From: a virus
Reading direction: 5' to 3' (one strand)
IMG/VR virus record: IMGVR_UViG_3300027754_005988
Span: 1 to 64,000 of that record
DNA: 64,000 bases
Made by a program: the position numbers and the translations under genes. This document shows, one piece after another, positions 28,398-38,304 of this stretch (positions are counted from its first letter, which is position 1; each line of letters opens with the position of its first letter). Below the pieces are notes generated by a model. That model made no database searches, had not been told where the DNA came from, and was given only the letters and a program-made list of their open reading frames with translations.

Positions 28398-28778
28398 ATG
28401 ATTTATTTTACTATTGGTATATTGTTGATTATAATATCAGCAATATCAGAATCAATAATGGATAAAATTCAATTCCATTTTGAAAAATCCATATTTAATG
28501 ATAATACTTATAATAAATTATTTTGGAATCCATTATACTCATGGGAGAATAAGTGGAATAAAGATTTAACAAAACCAAAATTCTTTTTATCAACAACTCT
28601 TTTGGTATTTCTAACTGATGCTTGGCATTTTTTTAAGTTTTTAAGAAATACAACATTATTTATAGGTTTACCATTAATGGTTTTAAGTCCAATTAATATT
28701 ATTATTTCTATTATTATAGCTAGAATAGTTTATGGACTTGTATTTACGCTATTTTTTGATAAATTATTGGATAAATAA
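28398..28778 (+). CDS. Membrane protein
   Basis: 126 aa with 3-4 hydrophobic segments. Confidence 0.6.
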   Translation: MIYFTIGILLIIISAISESIMDKIQFHFEKSIFNDNTYNKLFWNPLYSWENKWNKDLTKPKFFLSTTLLVFLTDAWHFFKFLRNTTLFIGLPLMVLSPINIIISIIIARIVYGLVFTLFFDKLLDK

Positions 28779-28854
28779 ATTATTTATTAGTTATCACATA
28801 TTTATATATTAAATAATAAGTTATTAATCCTGGATAGGGAAAGGAAGATAATAA

Positions 28855-31764
28855 ATGCCTAGTGAATTTAATATAAAGAATGGATTTATATCCAATTCTA
28901 ACTCATCAATTATAGGTAACTTAACAGTTACTGGTGGAACACAATCACTTTTCTCAGGTTCTAGTTCAGTTGAAATGGTCAAAATAATACAAGATGGCTC
29001 TGGAGATGCCTTTGTAGTTGAGGACCAATCTAATACTGACCCTTCACATTTTGTTATCAATGCAAGCGGTGATACTGCAATTGGTTTAACACAACCATTG
29101 GGTAACGATAAGTTAACGGTATCTGGTAATACCAGTGTATATGGTAATTTTGTCGCAAATACAATATCAGCCACAACATATTTTAACTTACCAATAACAA
29201 CTGATGTAAGGGTTACTGGTGCAACATATTCAAACAATACATTTACATATACGAATAATACTGGTGGTACATTTAATGTATTATTTAATACATTAACTGG
29301 GTTAACTGTTAATGGTAATCTAAGTGTTACTGGTAGTACAACATCTAATTCATTATCAGCCACAACTATAACAGGCACTACATTATACGGTAATGGAAGT
29401 AATTTAACTGGTGTTGTAAAAGGTAGTGGGACTTTTAATTATATCACAAAATGGACTGGTACTACTGGTATATCTAATAGTATTATACAAGATGATGGAA
29501 CAAATGTTGGTGTTGGGACATCGCCACAATCATATACTAAATTAAGTGTTGCAACAACAGCAGGTAATTCTGAATCAGCAATAACCGCACTTAATAGTAA
29601 TATGGGTGCTTCAGGTGTAAAAGCATTATCAAGTGGTAATGGTTCTGCTGGAACAATATACGGTCTTTTTGGTGAATCTACTGATGCTGGTACAACAAAT
29701 ATAGGTGTTTATGGTCTTGCATATGTTAATGCTTTTTCATCAACAAATTCAATAGGTGGTAAATTTCAAGCTGAATTTGCAACTAATAATTATTCAGTAC
29801 AATTAATAGATGGTACTGAAGGTATTAATAAAGTATTAATTTCTAATACCAGTGATGGTAAAGCTAACTGGAGTAGTGTATTAAGTGGTTTAACTAATAT
29901 ATACACAAATACAATATCCGCTACAACATATTTTAACTTACCTACAGATATAAGAGTAACTGGTGCTAGTTATAATAATAATAACACATTTACATATACT
30001 AATAATACTGGTGGAACATTTAATGTATTATTTAATACTGTATCAGGATTAACAGTTAATGGTTCAATATCAGCAACAACAATATCTGGTGGTACATTTT
30101 ATGGTAATGGTTCTAGTTTAACTAATATTCCTATTGCAGGTGTTACCAATTTACAATCTAGTTTAGATGATAAGTTTGATAAGTCTGGTGGAACTGTTAC
30201 TGGTAGTGTTTTAGTTACAGGTGACGTTACAATACTTGGAACAGCAACTACTATCAATACTCAAACACTTACTGTTAAAGATAATATAATCACAATTAAT
30301 AATAATTATACTGGTAATACTGTTCCTTATCCTGGAACTTCTGGTATTGAAGTATTAAGGGGTTCAGCCACAACTGCAACAGTCCTATGGGATGAAACAT
30401 CTCAAAAATGGGTTGCTGGTATAACTGGCAATACAAAACAAATATTGTTATCTGGTGACAGTTTATCGTTATTAAGTAGCGGTCACACTCATCCTATAAG
30501 TGAAATAACTAACTTACAATCATCATTAGATAACAAATATGATAAATCAGGTGGAACTGTTAGTGGTAATGTTTTAGTTACTAATGATGTAACAATAAGT
30601 GGTACTAGTTTAACAAATAAATTAGGTATAAATAAAACACCTTCTTATACTTTAGATATATTAAGTAGTGGTGGAACTACTAATTTATATTATAATGATA
30701 CAACCACAACTAGTCAAGGTATTAATTTAAGTGGGAAAACTGATGGTTTATATTATATAGGTGTTGAGGGTACTGATGTTGGTACTATTAGATTTGGTGT
30801 TGTTGGTAAATCTCAAACAGCTTCAAGTGTTTATGGTAAAACTGGTGATTCATATGTATATTCATCAGTTGTTTCAAATGGGTTAAATATAATCAGTTCA
30901 CCAGGCACTGGTACTGATGATTATATAAGATTTTACGCTGGTACTAATGCATCAGCTACTGTACCAGACATGTATATACAAGGTAGTGGTTCAACTAGAG
31001 GATATATAGGAATTGGTACATCAAACCCTACTGAAAGATTAGACGTTAGTGGTTCAACTATATTACGCGGTTTGGTTAGTGTTGGTGATTTAAGTGGTTC
31101 AGATGCACAAATTAAAGTTGGTGCTGGTAGAACTGTAGATGGTAATGCTTATATCGATTTAATTGGTGATACTACATATACTAATTATGGTACTAGATTA
31201 ATAAGGTATAGTGGCGTTAATGCTAGCACTGCATTAGCACATAGAGGTAGTGGTCTTTTATCAATAGGTACACAAGATTCAGGTTCATTACAATTAGTTA
31301 CTAGTAATTCTGTTAGAATGTATATATCATCATCAGGTAATTCTGGTAATATTGGTATTGGGACTACATCACCTATAGAAAAATTACATGTAGTAGGTAA
31401 TACATTAATTAATGGTGATTTAATAGTATCAGGTAACTCTCAATCTTTATTCTCTGGAAATAGCTCAATAGAATTAGTTAAGATAATTCAAACAGGTACT
31501 GGAGATGCCTTTGTAGTTGAAGACCAAGCTAATACTGACCCTTCCCATTTCGTTATCAATGCAAGCGGTAATACAGCAATTGGTTTAACACAACCAATAG
31601 GTAATGATAAGTTAACAGTTAGTGGAAACACAACAGTTTATGGCGCATTAAGTGCAACAACTGTTTCTGGCGATGGTTCAGGATTATATAATATACCATT
31701 TAGTGGTGTAGGTTTTAACTATGGTTTAGCAAATGCAATTTCAAATTTTAATTTTTTAACATAA
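28855..31764 (+). CDS. Long modular fibre protein
   Basis: 969 aa; modules shared with 22372-25455; N- and C-terminal duplicated block; ..GIGT..P.EKLHV.G repeats. Confidence 0.65.
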   Translation: MPSEFNIKNGFISNSNSSIIGNLTVTGGTQSLFSGSSSVEMVKIIQDGSGDAFVVEDQSNTDPSHFVINASGDTAIGLTQPLGNDKLTVSGNTSVYGNFVANTISATTYFNLPITTDVRVTGATYSNNTFTYTNNTGGTFNVLFNTLTGLTVNGNLSVTGSTTSNSLSATTITGTTLYGNGSNLTGVVKGSGTFNYITKWTGTTGISNSIIQDDGTNVGVGTSPQSYTKLSVATTAGNSESAITALNSNMGASGVKALSSGNGSAGTIYGLFGESTDAGTTNIGVYGLAYVNAFSSTNSIGGKFQAEFATNNYSVQLIDGTEGINKVLISNTSDGKANWSSVLSGLTNIYTNTISATTYFNLPTDIRVTGASYNNNNTFTYTNNTGGTFNVLFNTVSGLTVNGSISATTISGGTFYGNGSSLTNIPIAGVTNLQSSLDDKFDKSGGTVTGSVLVTGDVTILGTATTINTQTLTVKDNIITINNNYTGNTVPYPGTSGIEVLRGSATTATVLWDETSQKWVAGITGNTKQILLSGDSLSLLSSGHTHPISEITNLQSSLDNKYDKSGGTVSGNVLVTNDVTISGTSLTNKLGINKTPSYTLDILSSGGTTNLYYNDTTTTSQGINLSGKTDGLYYIGVEGTDVGTIRFGVVGKSQTASSVYGKTGDSYVYSSVVSNGLNIISSPGTGTDDYIRFYAGTNASATVPDMYIQGSGSTRGYIGIGTSNPTERLDVSGSTILRGLVSVGDLSGSDAQIKVGAGRTVDGNAYIDLIGDTTYTNYGTRLIRYSGVNASTALAHRGSGLLSIGTQDSGSLQLVTSNSVRMYISSSGNSGNIGIGTTSPIEKLHVVGNTLINGDLIVSGNSQSLFSGNSSIELVKIIQTGTGDAFVVEDQANTDPSHFVINASGNTAIGLTQPIGNDKLTVSGNTTVYGALSATTVSGDGSGLYNIPFSGVGFNYGLANAISNFNFLT
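29001..31596 (+). repeat. 97-bp direct repeat pair (29001-29097 and 31500-31596)
   Basis: 91/97 identical by manual comparison; offset 2499 nt, which is in frame. Confidence 0.85.
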
Positions 31765-31791
31765 TAACAATATAAATAAAAATCAATTTTT

Positions 31792-32211
31792 ATGGCAGGT
31801 AATAATGCACCTATATACTCAAGAGTGGCTGATGTTCAATGGAATTCAACACCAGTACAATCAGCAAATACAACAACAGATTTAACATCTGGTACAATAT
31901 ATCCAGTATTCACAGCAGATACCACTAATGGTGGGTATGTTCAAAGAATGCGTTTTAAACCATTAGGAACAAACGTAGCTACAGTAGCTAGAATTTGGAT
32001 AAATAATGGTTCAGCAACAACTACAACTACTAATAATAGTTTATGGGATGAATTAACTATTGTTGCATCAACCGCATCTCAAACATCTGCATTACCAGTA
32101 TATGAAATACCCCTTAACTTTGCTTTACCTCCAAGTTATAGACTTTATGTTACACTTGGTACTAGTGGGGCTACTGGTTATGATGTTGTTACAATTGGTG
32201 GTAAATATTAA
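31792..32211 (+). CDS. Hypothetical structural protein
   Basis: 139 aa, between the fibre gene and the Gly-rich triplet. Confidence 0.65.
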   Translation: MAGNNAPIYSRVADVQWNSTPVQSANTTTDLTSGTIYPVFTADTTNGGYVQRMRFKPLGTNVATVARIWINNGSATTTTTNNSLWDELTIVASTASQTSALPVYEIPLNFALPPSYRLYVTLGTSGATGYDVVTIGGKY

Positions 32212-32219
32212 TATTATTT

Positions 32220-33149
32220 ATGATAGATACGTTTCACATATTAGATAGTAATTTATATAACCAAACGTTTTATTATAACGGTATAACTAATTGGCAAGTA
32301 TGGCAAAAACCACCTAATTGTAGTTTTGTTAACATATTTTTATTAGGTGGTGGTGCTGGTGGTCAAGGTGGTGAAATAGGTGCTGGTGGGGCTGGTGGTG
32401 TTACTAGAGATGGTGGTAGAGGTGGTGGTTCATCATCTGTTACATATGCAACTTTCCCAGCTTTTGCAATTCCTGATACCTTATATATAGAAGTCGGTAA
32501 GGGTGGTTTAGGTGGTGCACCAGCATTAAGTTCTGGTGTTAATGGTGAAGCTGGTGCATTATCTTATGTATCTGTATTACCAGATTCAAATTATACACCA
32601 CAAAATATATTAATACCTAGTGGTAATGCAGCTGCGACATCATTAGGTGTTGGTGGCACAGCTATAGTACTTGCTCAAGTAATATTATCTCAAGTAACAT
32701 TACTTTCATCATATCCTGGTCAAGATGGTGGTTCTGGTGGTGCTAGTTCAACACCTGCTACTAATTTAACACCTACAGTTATACCCCTTACAGGTGGTGC
32801 TGGTGGTAGTGGTTGTAGTAGTGTTGGTACTTTGGGTGCAGCTGCTAGCATAAATGGATTTTTATCTTTCCCAACAATTCCAGCTGGTGTTAGTCGTGCA
32901 ACACTTGGTGGTACTGATGGTGGTAGTGGGTACTCCACAAGAGAAAATTTTAATAATTTAAACTATAGATTACCATTATTCTTTACAGGTGGAGCTGGTG
33001 GTGGAGCTGGTGATACATCAACTGGTGGTAGAGGTGGAAATGGTGCATTTGGTTGTGGTGGCGGTGGTGGTGGTGCTGGTGTAACAAATAGCACTGGTGG
33101 TAATGGTGGTAATGGTGGTAATGGTTTAGTAATAATAACAGTTTCATAA
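32220..33149 (+). CDS. Glycine-rich domain protein (paralog 1)
   Basis: WQ.WQKP..GGGAGG..PDTLYIEVG.GG..GGNGGNGGNG. Confidence 0.75.
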   Translation: MIDTFHILDSNLYNQTFYYNGITNWQVWQKPPNCSFVNIFLLGGGAGGQGGEIGAGGAGGVTRDGGRGGGSSSVTYATFPAFAIPDTLYIEVGKGGLGGAPALSSGVNGEAGALSYVSVLPDSNYTPQNILIPSGNAAATSLGVGGTAIVLAQVILSQVTLLSSYPGQDGGSGGASSTPATNLTPTVIPLTGGAGGSGCSSVGTLGAAASINGFLSFPTIPAGVSRATLGGTDGGSGYSTRENFNNLNYRLPLFFTGGAGGGAGDTSTGGRGGNGAFGCGGGGGGAGVTNSTGGNGGNGGNGLVIITVS

Positions 33150-33161
33150 TAATAATAATAT

Positions 33162-34070
33162 ATGTTAGATTTATTTAATTTATCAGATAATACATGTAGT
33201 TTAAAAAGACAAGTATTTAACTGTAACGCTTCGACTGGTTCTACTTGGCAAACATGGGTTAAACCTAGAAATACTAAATTTGTTCACATATTTGCTATTG
33301 GTAGTGGTGGTGGTGGTGGTGGTGGTCAAACAAATCCTGCTGGTAACACTAGAAGAGGTGGTGGTAGTGGTGGTTCATCATCTGTTGCTACTGGGTTATT
33401 TATAGCTAGTTTAATTCCAGATATATTATATATACAAGTAGGGCCTGGTGGTGCTGGTGGTAGTGCTAATAATGCTGGTGGAACAGGTGATTTATCATAT
33501 GTTTCATTATATCCAGATACAACAATTAATCCAGGAAATATTATCTTACAAAGTGGTGATTCACCAGCTGGTGGTGCTGCCAGTATCGCTGCTGGTGGTA
33601 CTGCTGGTGCTGCTGGCGCAGCTTGGACTGGTACATTATTCGATAAAAATGGATTAGTTAGTGTATTTGATGGTCAGATAGGTGTTACTGGACCAACAGG
33701 TGCCGCAACTAGTAAAAGTATTAGTGGTCTTACATCAGCTGGGGCTTCTGGTGGTGGTGTTGCAACATCTACACCTTCTGCTGGTGGTAATATAACTGGT
33801 ATAGGTTTTATACCAACTATAAGTGGTGGTGTTGTAAGTGGTGGTACTGGTGGTCACGGTTATGCTAGTACTATACCATCTAATAATATGACATCTAGGT
33901 TACCAATGATTTTTACAGGTGGTGCTGGTGGTGGTGCATCAAATGCAACTGCTGGTGCTAACGGTGGAAATGGTAGTTATGGTTCTGGTGGTGGTGGTGG
34001 AGGTGGTGGAACCACTGGTGGTAATGGTGGTAATGGTGGTAATGGTGTTATTATAATAACTTCTTGGTAA
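33162..34070 (+). CDS. Glycine-rich domain protein (paralog 2)
   Basis: Same architecture as its neighbours. Confidence 0.75.
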   Translation: MLDLFNLSDNTCSLKRQVFNCNASTGSTWQTWVKPRNTKFVHIFAIGSGGGGGGGQTNPAGNTRRGGGSGGSSSVATGLFIASLIPDILYIQVGPGGAGGSANNAGGTGDLSYVSLYPDTTINPGNIILQSGDSPAGGAASIAAGGTAGAAGAAWTGTLFDKNGLVSVFDGQIGVTGPTGAATSKSISGLTSAGASGGGVATSTPSAGGNITGIGFIPTISGGVVSGGTGGHGYASTIPSNNMTSRLPMIFTGGAGGGASNATAGANGGNGSYGSGGGGGGGGTTGGNGGNGGNGVIIITSW

Positions 34071-34085
34071 AATATATAATATAAT

Positions 34086-35036
34086 ATGATAGATACTTTT
34101 AATATCCCAGATAATAGTTTAAATAATCAAATATTTTACTGCACATCTGGTACAACTTCATGGCAAACTTGGCAAAAACCTAATGGTGTTAGATTTATAT
34201 ACTTCTACTTAATTAGTGGTGGTGGTGGTGGTGGTGGTGGTCGTTATGGTGCTGGTTCAGGTGCTGGTGCTGGTGGAGGCGGTGGTGGTTCAACAATAAC
34301 AATAGGATTATTCCCAGCATGTTTATTACCAGATACATTATATATACAAGTAGGTAATGGTGGTTTAGGTGGTGCTGGTGGTAGTAATGGTGCTGCTACA
34401 TCTGGTGGTAATGGTGGTAATGGTGGATTATCATATGTTTCAATTAGTTCTACAACAACTACTAACGCTATTGTTATGCAAAGCGGTGATTCAGCACCAA
34501 CAGGTGGTGGTGGTAGTAGTGGTACTGGTGGTGGTGGTGCTGGTGGTGGTAGTAATTCTTGGTCATATACTAACAATATCTTCCCACAATTAGGTAATAT
34601 ATTTTCAGTAAACGGTGATTCTGGTAGTGGTGGTGGTCAGTCTTTAGTCTCAGTTGTAGACGTTGATATATCTATACCATTAACTGGTGGTGGTGGTGGT
34701 GGTGGGTCTGGTATTAATGGTAGAGGTGCCCATATTACCGATACATCTTTTTTATTAGATTTTGTACCAACAGTATCAGGAGGGACAAATGCTACTACAG
34801 TAGCTAGTAGTGGGTTTATTTCTAATATACCATCTACTAATTCATCAGCAAAACAAATGTTCTTAACTACAGGTGGTGGTGGTGGTTATGGTAGTAGTAC
34901 TTCTGATGGTGGTAATGGTGGTAATGGTGGTTATGGTTCTGGTGGTGGTGGTGGTGGTGGAGCATCAACTATTGGTCGTTCTGCTGGTAATGGTGGAAAA
35001 GGTGGAGATGGTTTAATAATGATTACATGTTGGTAA
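34086..35036 (+). CDS. Glycine-rich domain protein (paralog 3)
   Basis: Same architecture as its neighbours. Confidence 0.75.
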   Translation: MIDTFNIPDNSLNNQIFYCTSGTTSWQTWQKPNGVRFIYFYLISGGGGGGGGRYGAGSGAGAGGGGGGSTITIGLFPACLLPDTLYIQVGNGGLGGAGGSNGAATSGGNGGNGGLSYVSISSTTTTNAIVMQSGDSAPTGGGGSSGTGGGGAGGGSNSWSYTNNIFPQLGNIFSVNGDSGSGGGQSLVSVVDVDISIPLTGGGGGGGSGINGRGAHITDTSFLLDFVPTVSGGTNATTVASSGFISNIPSTNSSAKQMFLTTGGGGGYGSSTSDGGNGGNGGYGSGGGGGGGASTIGRSAGNGGKGGDGLIMITCW

Positions 35037-35189
35037 TTAATCCTCATCATATAACCCTTTTTTAGGTATACATTTTTCTTTTATTAATGTTTCTACGAAT
35101 TGAAACATTTTCAATCCTTTTTCTTCACAATACTTTTTAAGTATTTCGTGTGTTTTTGCTGTTATTTTTAAGTTTTTATCTCTTTTCAT
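35037..35189 (-). CDS. 50-aa ribbon-helix-helix DNA-binding protein (absent from the ORF track)
   Basis: Manual translation MKRDKNLKITAKTHEILKKYCEEKGLKMFQFVETLIKEKCIPKKGLYDED*; strand KNLKI, helix A, G turn, helix B. Confidence 0.75.
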   Translation of the reverse strand: MKRDKNLKITAKTHEILKKYCEEKGLKMFQFVETLIKEKCIPKKGLYDED

Positions 35190-35345
35190 GGCGTTTCATC
35201 TAATAAGTATGATAAAAGTATGTCAAAAATCATACTAAAATAAATATATCTTTTTTTTAAACATTACTTTTGAAAAAAACCTAATATTTATAATAAACAA
35301 TCGAATAAAGTAAATAATAACAAAAACAAAACAAAAAAATTATCT

Positions 35346-38225
35346 ATGGACAACAATTTTATTAGAAAAAGCCCTGGTGTATACAGTACGGTGAAAGATA
35401 ACACTTTTACAACTGCTGGTGCTGGAGTATCATCAGTTGGTTTGGTTGGTGAAACCAAAATCGGACCAGCTTTTCAACCAATATTTATAAAAAGTTGGGA
35501 TGAGTTCACAAATTATTTTGGAGGAACCGACACAACTTTAGTGAAAGAAACTGGTTATCCACAATATGAATTACCTTATATTGCATTAAAATATTTTAAT
35601 ACTAACGTAGCTAGCGCATTATTCGTTACTAGAGTATTAGGTTTGTCTGGTTATGATGCTGGTTTAGCTTGGGGTTTAACTTTGGATTCAGCTTTGGATG
35701 ATTCAACAGTTGTAACAACAAATACTGGAACAACTCGTTCACCTTTAATAACCTATACCGCAACATCTGCTGGTACAATCGTAACTTTAGTTTCTACTGA
35801 TGCGGTAATACAAACACTTATTAATAATTCAGATAGTGACTTATTAGGTCAATTAGGCTTTTTAGGTTTAGCTAACACAGGTGATACAGCAAGTATTGAC
35901 CCAATATATTATAAGTCAGGTACCGTATTTAGTGGTGTTTCATTTAATTTAACTGTAACTACTAAAGGAACTGCTAATGCTGGTACTCTTGTAACTGGTG
36001 TAACAACTGGTGTTACTGTACAATACTCTGGAACAGTTTATTCTGAAATTGAAAATCAGTTGGTAGCGTTATTACGTTCTAGAGCTACTGTTAATTTAAC
36101 AACACAAGCACCAGTATTTGAATTATCAGCATCTACAAATCTTGGATTTAGTTCAACTGGTTCTACATCAGTAACTGACCCTAAAGGTACTTTTTATTTA
36201 ACTGGTACATCAACATCTCAAGGTGCTTTTAGTTACGCATTATCATTAAATTCAGCTTCACCAAACAATGATTATTTACCTTTAGCTTTAGGTAGAAATA
36301 ATGACGATAAAAGTACTGCAATATTTGTTGAAGAGTTTTTCCCTACTATGTTAAATTCTGCAATAGTTGCTAATAAAGTAAGAGGTATTAAACAATCATT
36401 GGTTAGTTATAGTGATTCATTTAAAGATTACTTACAACAATTCCAACCAGCAATAACTCCATGGGTTGTATCTGAATTACGTGGTAATAAAGTATTAAGA
36501 CTTTTTAGATTTGTAACCATTTCTGATGGTAATGCAGCTAACGAACAATTTAAAATATCTATTACCAATATTAAACCTGATGAAAAAACATTTAATGTAT
36601 TGGTTAGAAGATTTAATGATGCAGACGATAGTAAAGAAATAGAATCATACGGAAATTGTACAATGGATAAAACTTCCATTAATTATATTGGTAGAAAAAT
36701 TGGTACTATTGATGGTAATTTCCCTGCTGTTAGTAAATATATGCTTGTTGAACCTGATGAAACTTCTAATACTAATGACGCATTTCCAGCTGGTTTTGTT
36801 GGGTATCCTATTAGAGATTACCAATCTAATTCAAATACAACAGTTGCTAATCCAGATTTGATGTATAAACAAACATACAGCGCTACTGAAACCAAATCAA
36901 AAGTAACTTTAGGTATTTCTAAATCTGTTGGTGTTGATTCTGATTTCTTTGATTACAAAGGTGTTCCTCAAACTACATCACCAGATGTTTGGACAGGTAT
37001 GACAAATGGTTTCCACATGGATGTTAATGCTTCAGCGGTAACTATTGATAAAGTATATATTGTTATAAATGCTAGTGGTGGTACTTACAGTCCAATTTTC
37101 AAATTTGACACTGGTAATTGGCAGTTTAGAACAGATTCTGGTTTAATTGGTGGACCTTATGATAAACTAGACGCTAGAAAATTCACATTTGCACCTTACG
37201 GTGGATTTGATGGTTGGGATGAGCATAGAGATGGTAGAAGTAATACAGATAAATACACAGTAAATGGTACTTATGGTGTTGCTGGATTTAATAACGGAGA
37301 AACATTTAAAAAGATTACCTTATCTGATGGTAGTATTGGTTTAAATTCTGATTATTATGCATTTTTAGAAGCTATTTGGACATTTAAAAACCCAGAAGCA
37401 ACAAATATCAATGTATTTGCTACCCCAGGTATTGATTGTTTTAACCACACAAATTTAGTTGAAGCTACAATTGATATGGTTGAAAACGATAGAGCAGATT
37501 CATTATATGTAATGACAACACCAGATAATGTTGATGGTACTAACTTAACAGCTACAGAAGTTGTAAATCAAATTGACGGTTTATATGATAGTAGCTTTAC
37601 ATGTACTTACTGGCCATGGATTCAAATGGTTGATGAAGAGGCAAACAAACAAATTTGGCTTCCATCTACTTGTTATGTTATTGCTGATTTAGCTATAAAT
37701 GACTCTAATGGATATCCTTGGTATGCTGCTGCTGGTGTTAATCGCGGTAATATTGGTAACGCAGATGGACTTGTTATTCAAGCTAGAAAAGTTCTTACAC
37801 AAGGTGATAGAGATACATTATATGAAGGAAGAATTAATCCAATTGCAACATTTGAAGGTAATAGATACATTTGGGGTAATAAAACACTTCAAATAGCTGA
37901 TTCAGCTCTTAATAGAGTAAATGTTAGAAGACTTTTACTATACGCAATAAAAATGGTTACTGCTGTTGGTAGAAACCTATTGTTTGAGCAAAATGATGCA
38001 ATTGTTAGAAATCAATTCTTAAGTCAAGTTAATCCAATATTGGACAATATTAGAGCCAATAGAGGTCTATACGATTTCAAAGTTGTTCTTTCAAATAGTC
38101 CAGAAGATTTCGATAGAAATCAATTAACTGGTAAAATTTATTTGAAACCTACAAAAGTGTTAGAATTCATCGAAATGGAATTTAACGTAATGGGTTACGG
38201 TGCAAATTTGAATAGTAATCAATAA
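35346..38225 (+). CDS. Tail sheath protein
   Basis: SPGVY..VGLVGETKIGPAFQPIFIKSWDEF; YWPW; PWYAAAGVNRG; LYEGRINPI; WGNKTLQ..RVNVRRLL. Confidence 0.95.
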   Translation: MDNNFIRKSPGVYSTVKDNTFTTAGAGVSSVGLVGETKIGPAFQPIFIKSWDEFTNYFGGTDTTLVKETGYPQYELPYIALKYFNTNVASALFVTRVLGLSGYDAGLAWGLTLDSALDDSTVVTTNTGTTRSPLITYTATSAGTIVTLVSTDAVIQTLINNSDSDLLGQLGFLGLANTGDTASIDPIYYKSGTVFSGVSFNLTVTTKGTANAGTLVTGVTTGVTVQYSGTVYSEIENQLVALLRSRATVNLTTQAPVFELSASTNLGFSSTGSTSVTDPKGTFYLTGTSTSQGAFSYALSLNSASPNNDYLPLALGRNNDDKSTAIFVEEFFPTMLNSAIVANKVRGIKQSLVSYSDSFKDYLQQFQPAITPWVVSELRGNKVLRLFRFVTISDGNAANEQFKISITNIKPDEKTFNVLVRRFNDADDSKEIESYGNCTMDKTSINYIGRKIGTIDGNFPAVSKYMLVEPDETSNTNDAFPAGFVGYPIRDYQSNSNTTVANPDLMYKQTYSATETKSKVTLGISKSVGVDSDFFDYKGVPQTTSPDVWTGMTNGFHMDVNASAVTIDKVYIVINASGGTYSPIFKFDTGNWQFRTDSGLIGGPYDKLDARKFTFAPYGGFDGWDEHRDGRSNTDKYTVNGTYGVAGFNNGETFKKITLSDGSIGLNSDYYAFLEAIWTFKNPEATNINVFATPGIDCFNHTNLVEATIDMVENDRADSLYVMTTPDNVDGTNLTATEVVNQIDGLYDSSFTCTYWPWIQMVDEEANKQIWLPSTCYVIADLAINDSNGYPWYAAAGVNRGNIGNADGLVIQARKVLTQGDRDTLYEGRINPIATFEGNRYIWGNKTLQIADSALNRVNVRRLLLYAIKMVTAVGRNLLFEQNDAIVRNQFLSQVNPILDNIRANRGLYDFKVVLSNSPEDFDRNQLTGKIYLKPTKVLEFIEMEFNVMGYGANLNSNQ

Positions 38226-38244
38226 TAAATTACAAAATTAACTT

Positions 38245-38270
38245 AAAACCCCCAACATTGGGGGTTTTTT
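38245..38270 (+). terminator. Intrinsic terminator
   Basis: AAAACCCCCA-ACAT-TGGGGGTTTTTT after the sheath gene. Confidence 0.85.
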
Positions 38271-38304
38271 GTTTTTTGTAATATTTATATATAAACAAAT
38301 GATT

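Noticed and set aside
20707-31764. Diversity-generating retroelement, suggested by Mtd-N-like domains and repeat pairs
   Set aside because: No reverse transcriptase in the window, and mismatches in the 97-bp pair are of mixed types rather than adenine-specific; a remote DGR elsewhere in the genome cannot be excluded
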